DNA of 50,438 nt from a virus (taxonomy: Duplodnaviria > Heunggongvirae > Uroviricota > Caudoviricetes). The stretch is from the IMG/VR virus record IMGVR_UViG_3300011242_000001, positions 1 through 50,438 of that record; one strand, given 5' to 3'. The notes beneath the pieces were generated by a model. It saw nothing but the letters and a program-made list of their open reading frames with translations, made no database searches and had not been told where the DNA came from. Below are positions 49,973 through 50,438 of this stretch, piece after piece. A program made the translations under genes and the position numbers. Every line of letters begins with the position of its first letter. Within the stretch, counting starts at the first letter, position 1.

Positions 49973-50049
49973 CACCATTCGCTCTGTATCGCATTTTATT
50001 CAATATAGTATATAAGCATATATGATATCTAAATAAAACGCGATACAGC
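49973..50049. repeat. dispersed inverted-repeat element (copy 2)
   Basis: CACCATTCGCTCTGTATCGCATTTT...AAAACGCGATACAGC. Confidence 0.75.
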
Positions 50050-50072
50050 TAAAAATAGGACCATGTGTGGTC

Positions 50073-50432
50073 CTATTTTTTATTAATAAAGTCCATAAAA
50101 TTTTTATGATAATGTTTAATATTATTTCCACCAACTGGGTTTTTAGTATGAACAAAAATATTCAAATTTTTACATTGAATATCATTATCCATAATATAAT
50201 CACATAACCACTTTAAACAATCATATCCGGTGTTTTCACTGCCGTCATCATTGAAATCTTGAATATCATGATCAAATGAAAAATAAGTATTATTCCAATC
50301 TTTAATATATGGAATAATATATTTGAATTCTGCCAATGTTCTTACAGTAAATTCTGTATGGAAGTCAGGATATTTAATCCATGTTACATCTTTTAAATCG
50401 CGCTCATCATCTAAAAATATTAAATTTTTCAT
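50073..50432 (-). CDS. cyclic-phosphate-processing receiver-like domain protein
   Basis: IFLDDER, SFDHD, TGYDCLKWL, VHTKNPVG motifs. Confidence 0.7.
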   Translation of the reverse strand: MKNLIFLDDERDLKDVTWIKYPDFHTEFTVRTLAEFKYIIPYIKDWNNTYFSFDHDIQDFNDDGSENTGYDCLKWLCDYIMDNDIQCKNLNIFVHTKNPVGGNNIKHYHKNFMDFINKK

Positions 50433-50438
50433 TGTAAG

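Overview
This is a 50-kb, very AT-rich segment of a large T4-related (T4-superfamily/jumbo) myophage genome. The likely host is Acinetobacter or another Moraxellaceae, inferred from the host-like GroEL and tRNA sequences. The left ~32 kb is an accessory region. It holds early genes mostly on the minus strand, two tRNAs (Asn-GUU and a CAU tRNA, probably Ile2), a Thg1-like protein, a GatB/YqeY-tail protein, a CPA1 Na+/H+ antiporter, a complete groES-groEL pair, dTMP kinase and a DenV-like glycosylase. The right ~18 kb is the conserved core: rnh-FmdB-exonuclease-(RlpA)-33-59-32, then 17C-18-19-20-68-21-22-23 and RNase HI. Four points stand out. (1) The large terminase appears only as a C-terminal half that starts with a 103-aa atypically split intein fragment; it has its own late promoter and no N-half lies in the window. 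(2) About 17 dispersed genes start with a shared M-x-F-x-x-[FY]-L-x-E leader resembling the T4 capsid-targeting/gp21-cleavage peptide. This suggests a large injected-protein arsenal, including four paralogues with ADP-ribosyltransferase-like R-S-E motifs. (3) Several promoter-driven, ORF-free, multi-hairpin RNAs are present, including a ~500-nt one beside a heptamer repeat at the strand switch (candidate RNA-primed origin). (4) A gene is frameshifted exactly at a perfect 21-bp hairpin. All functional calls come from motif recognition by eye; no database searches were run.
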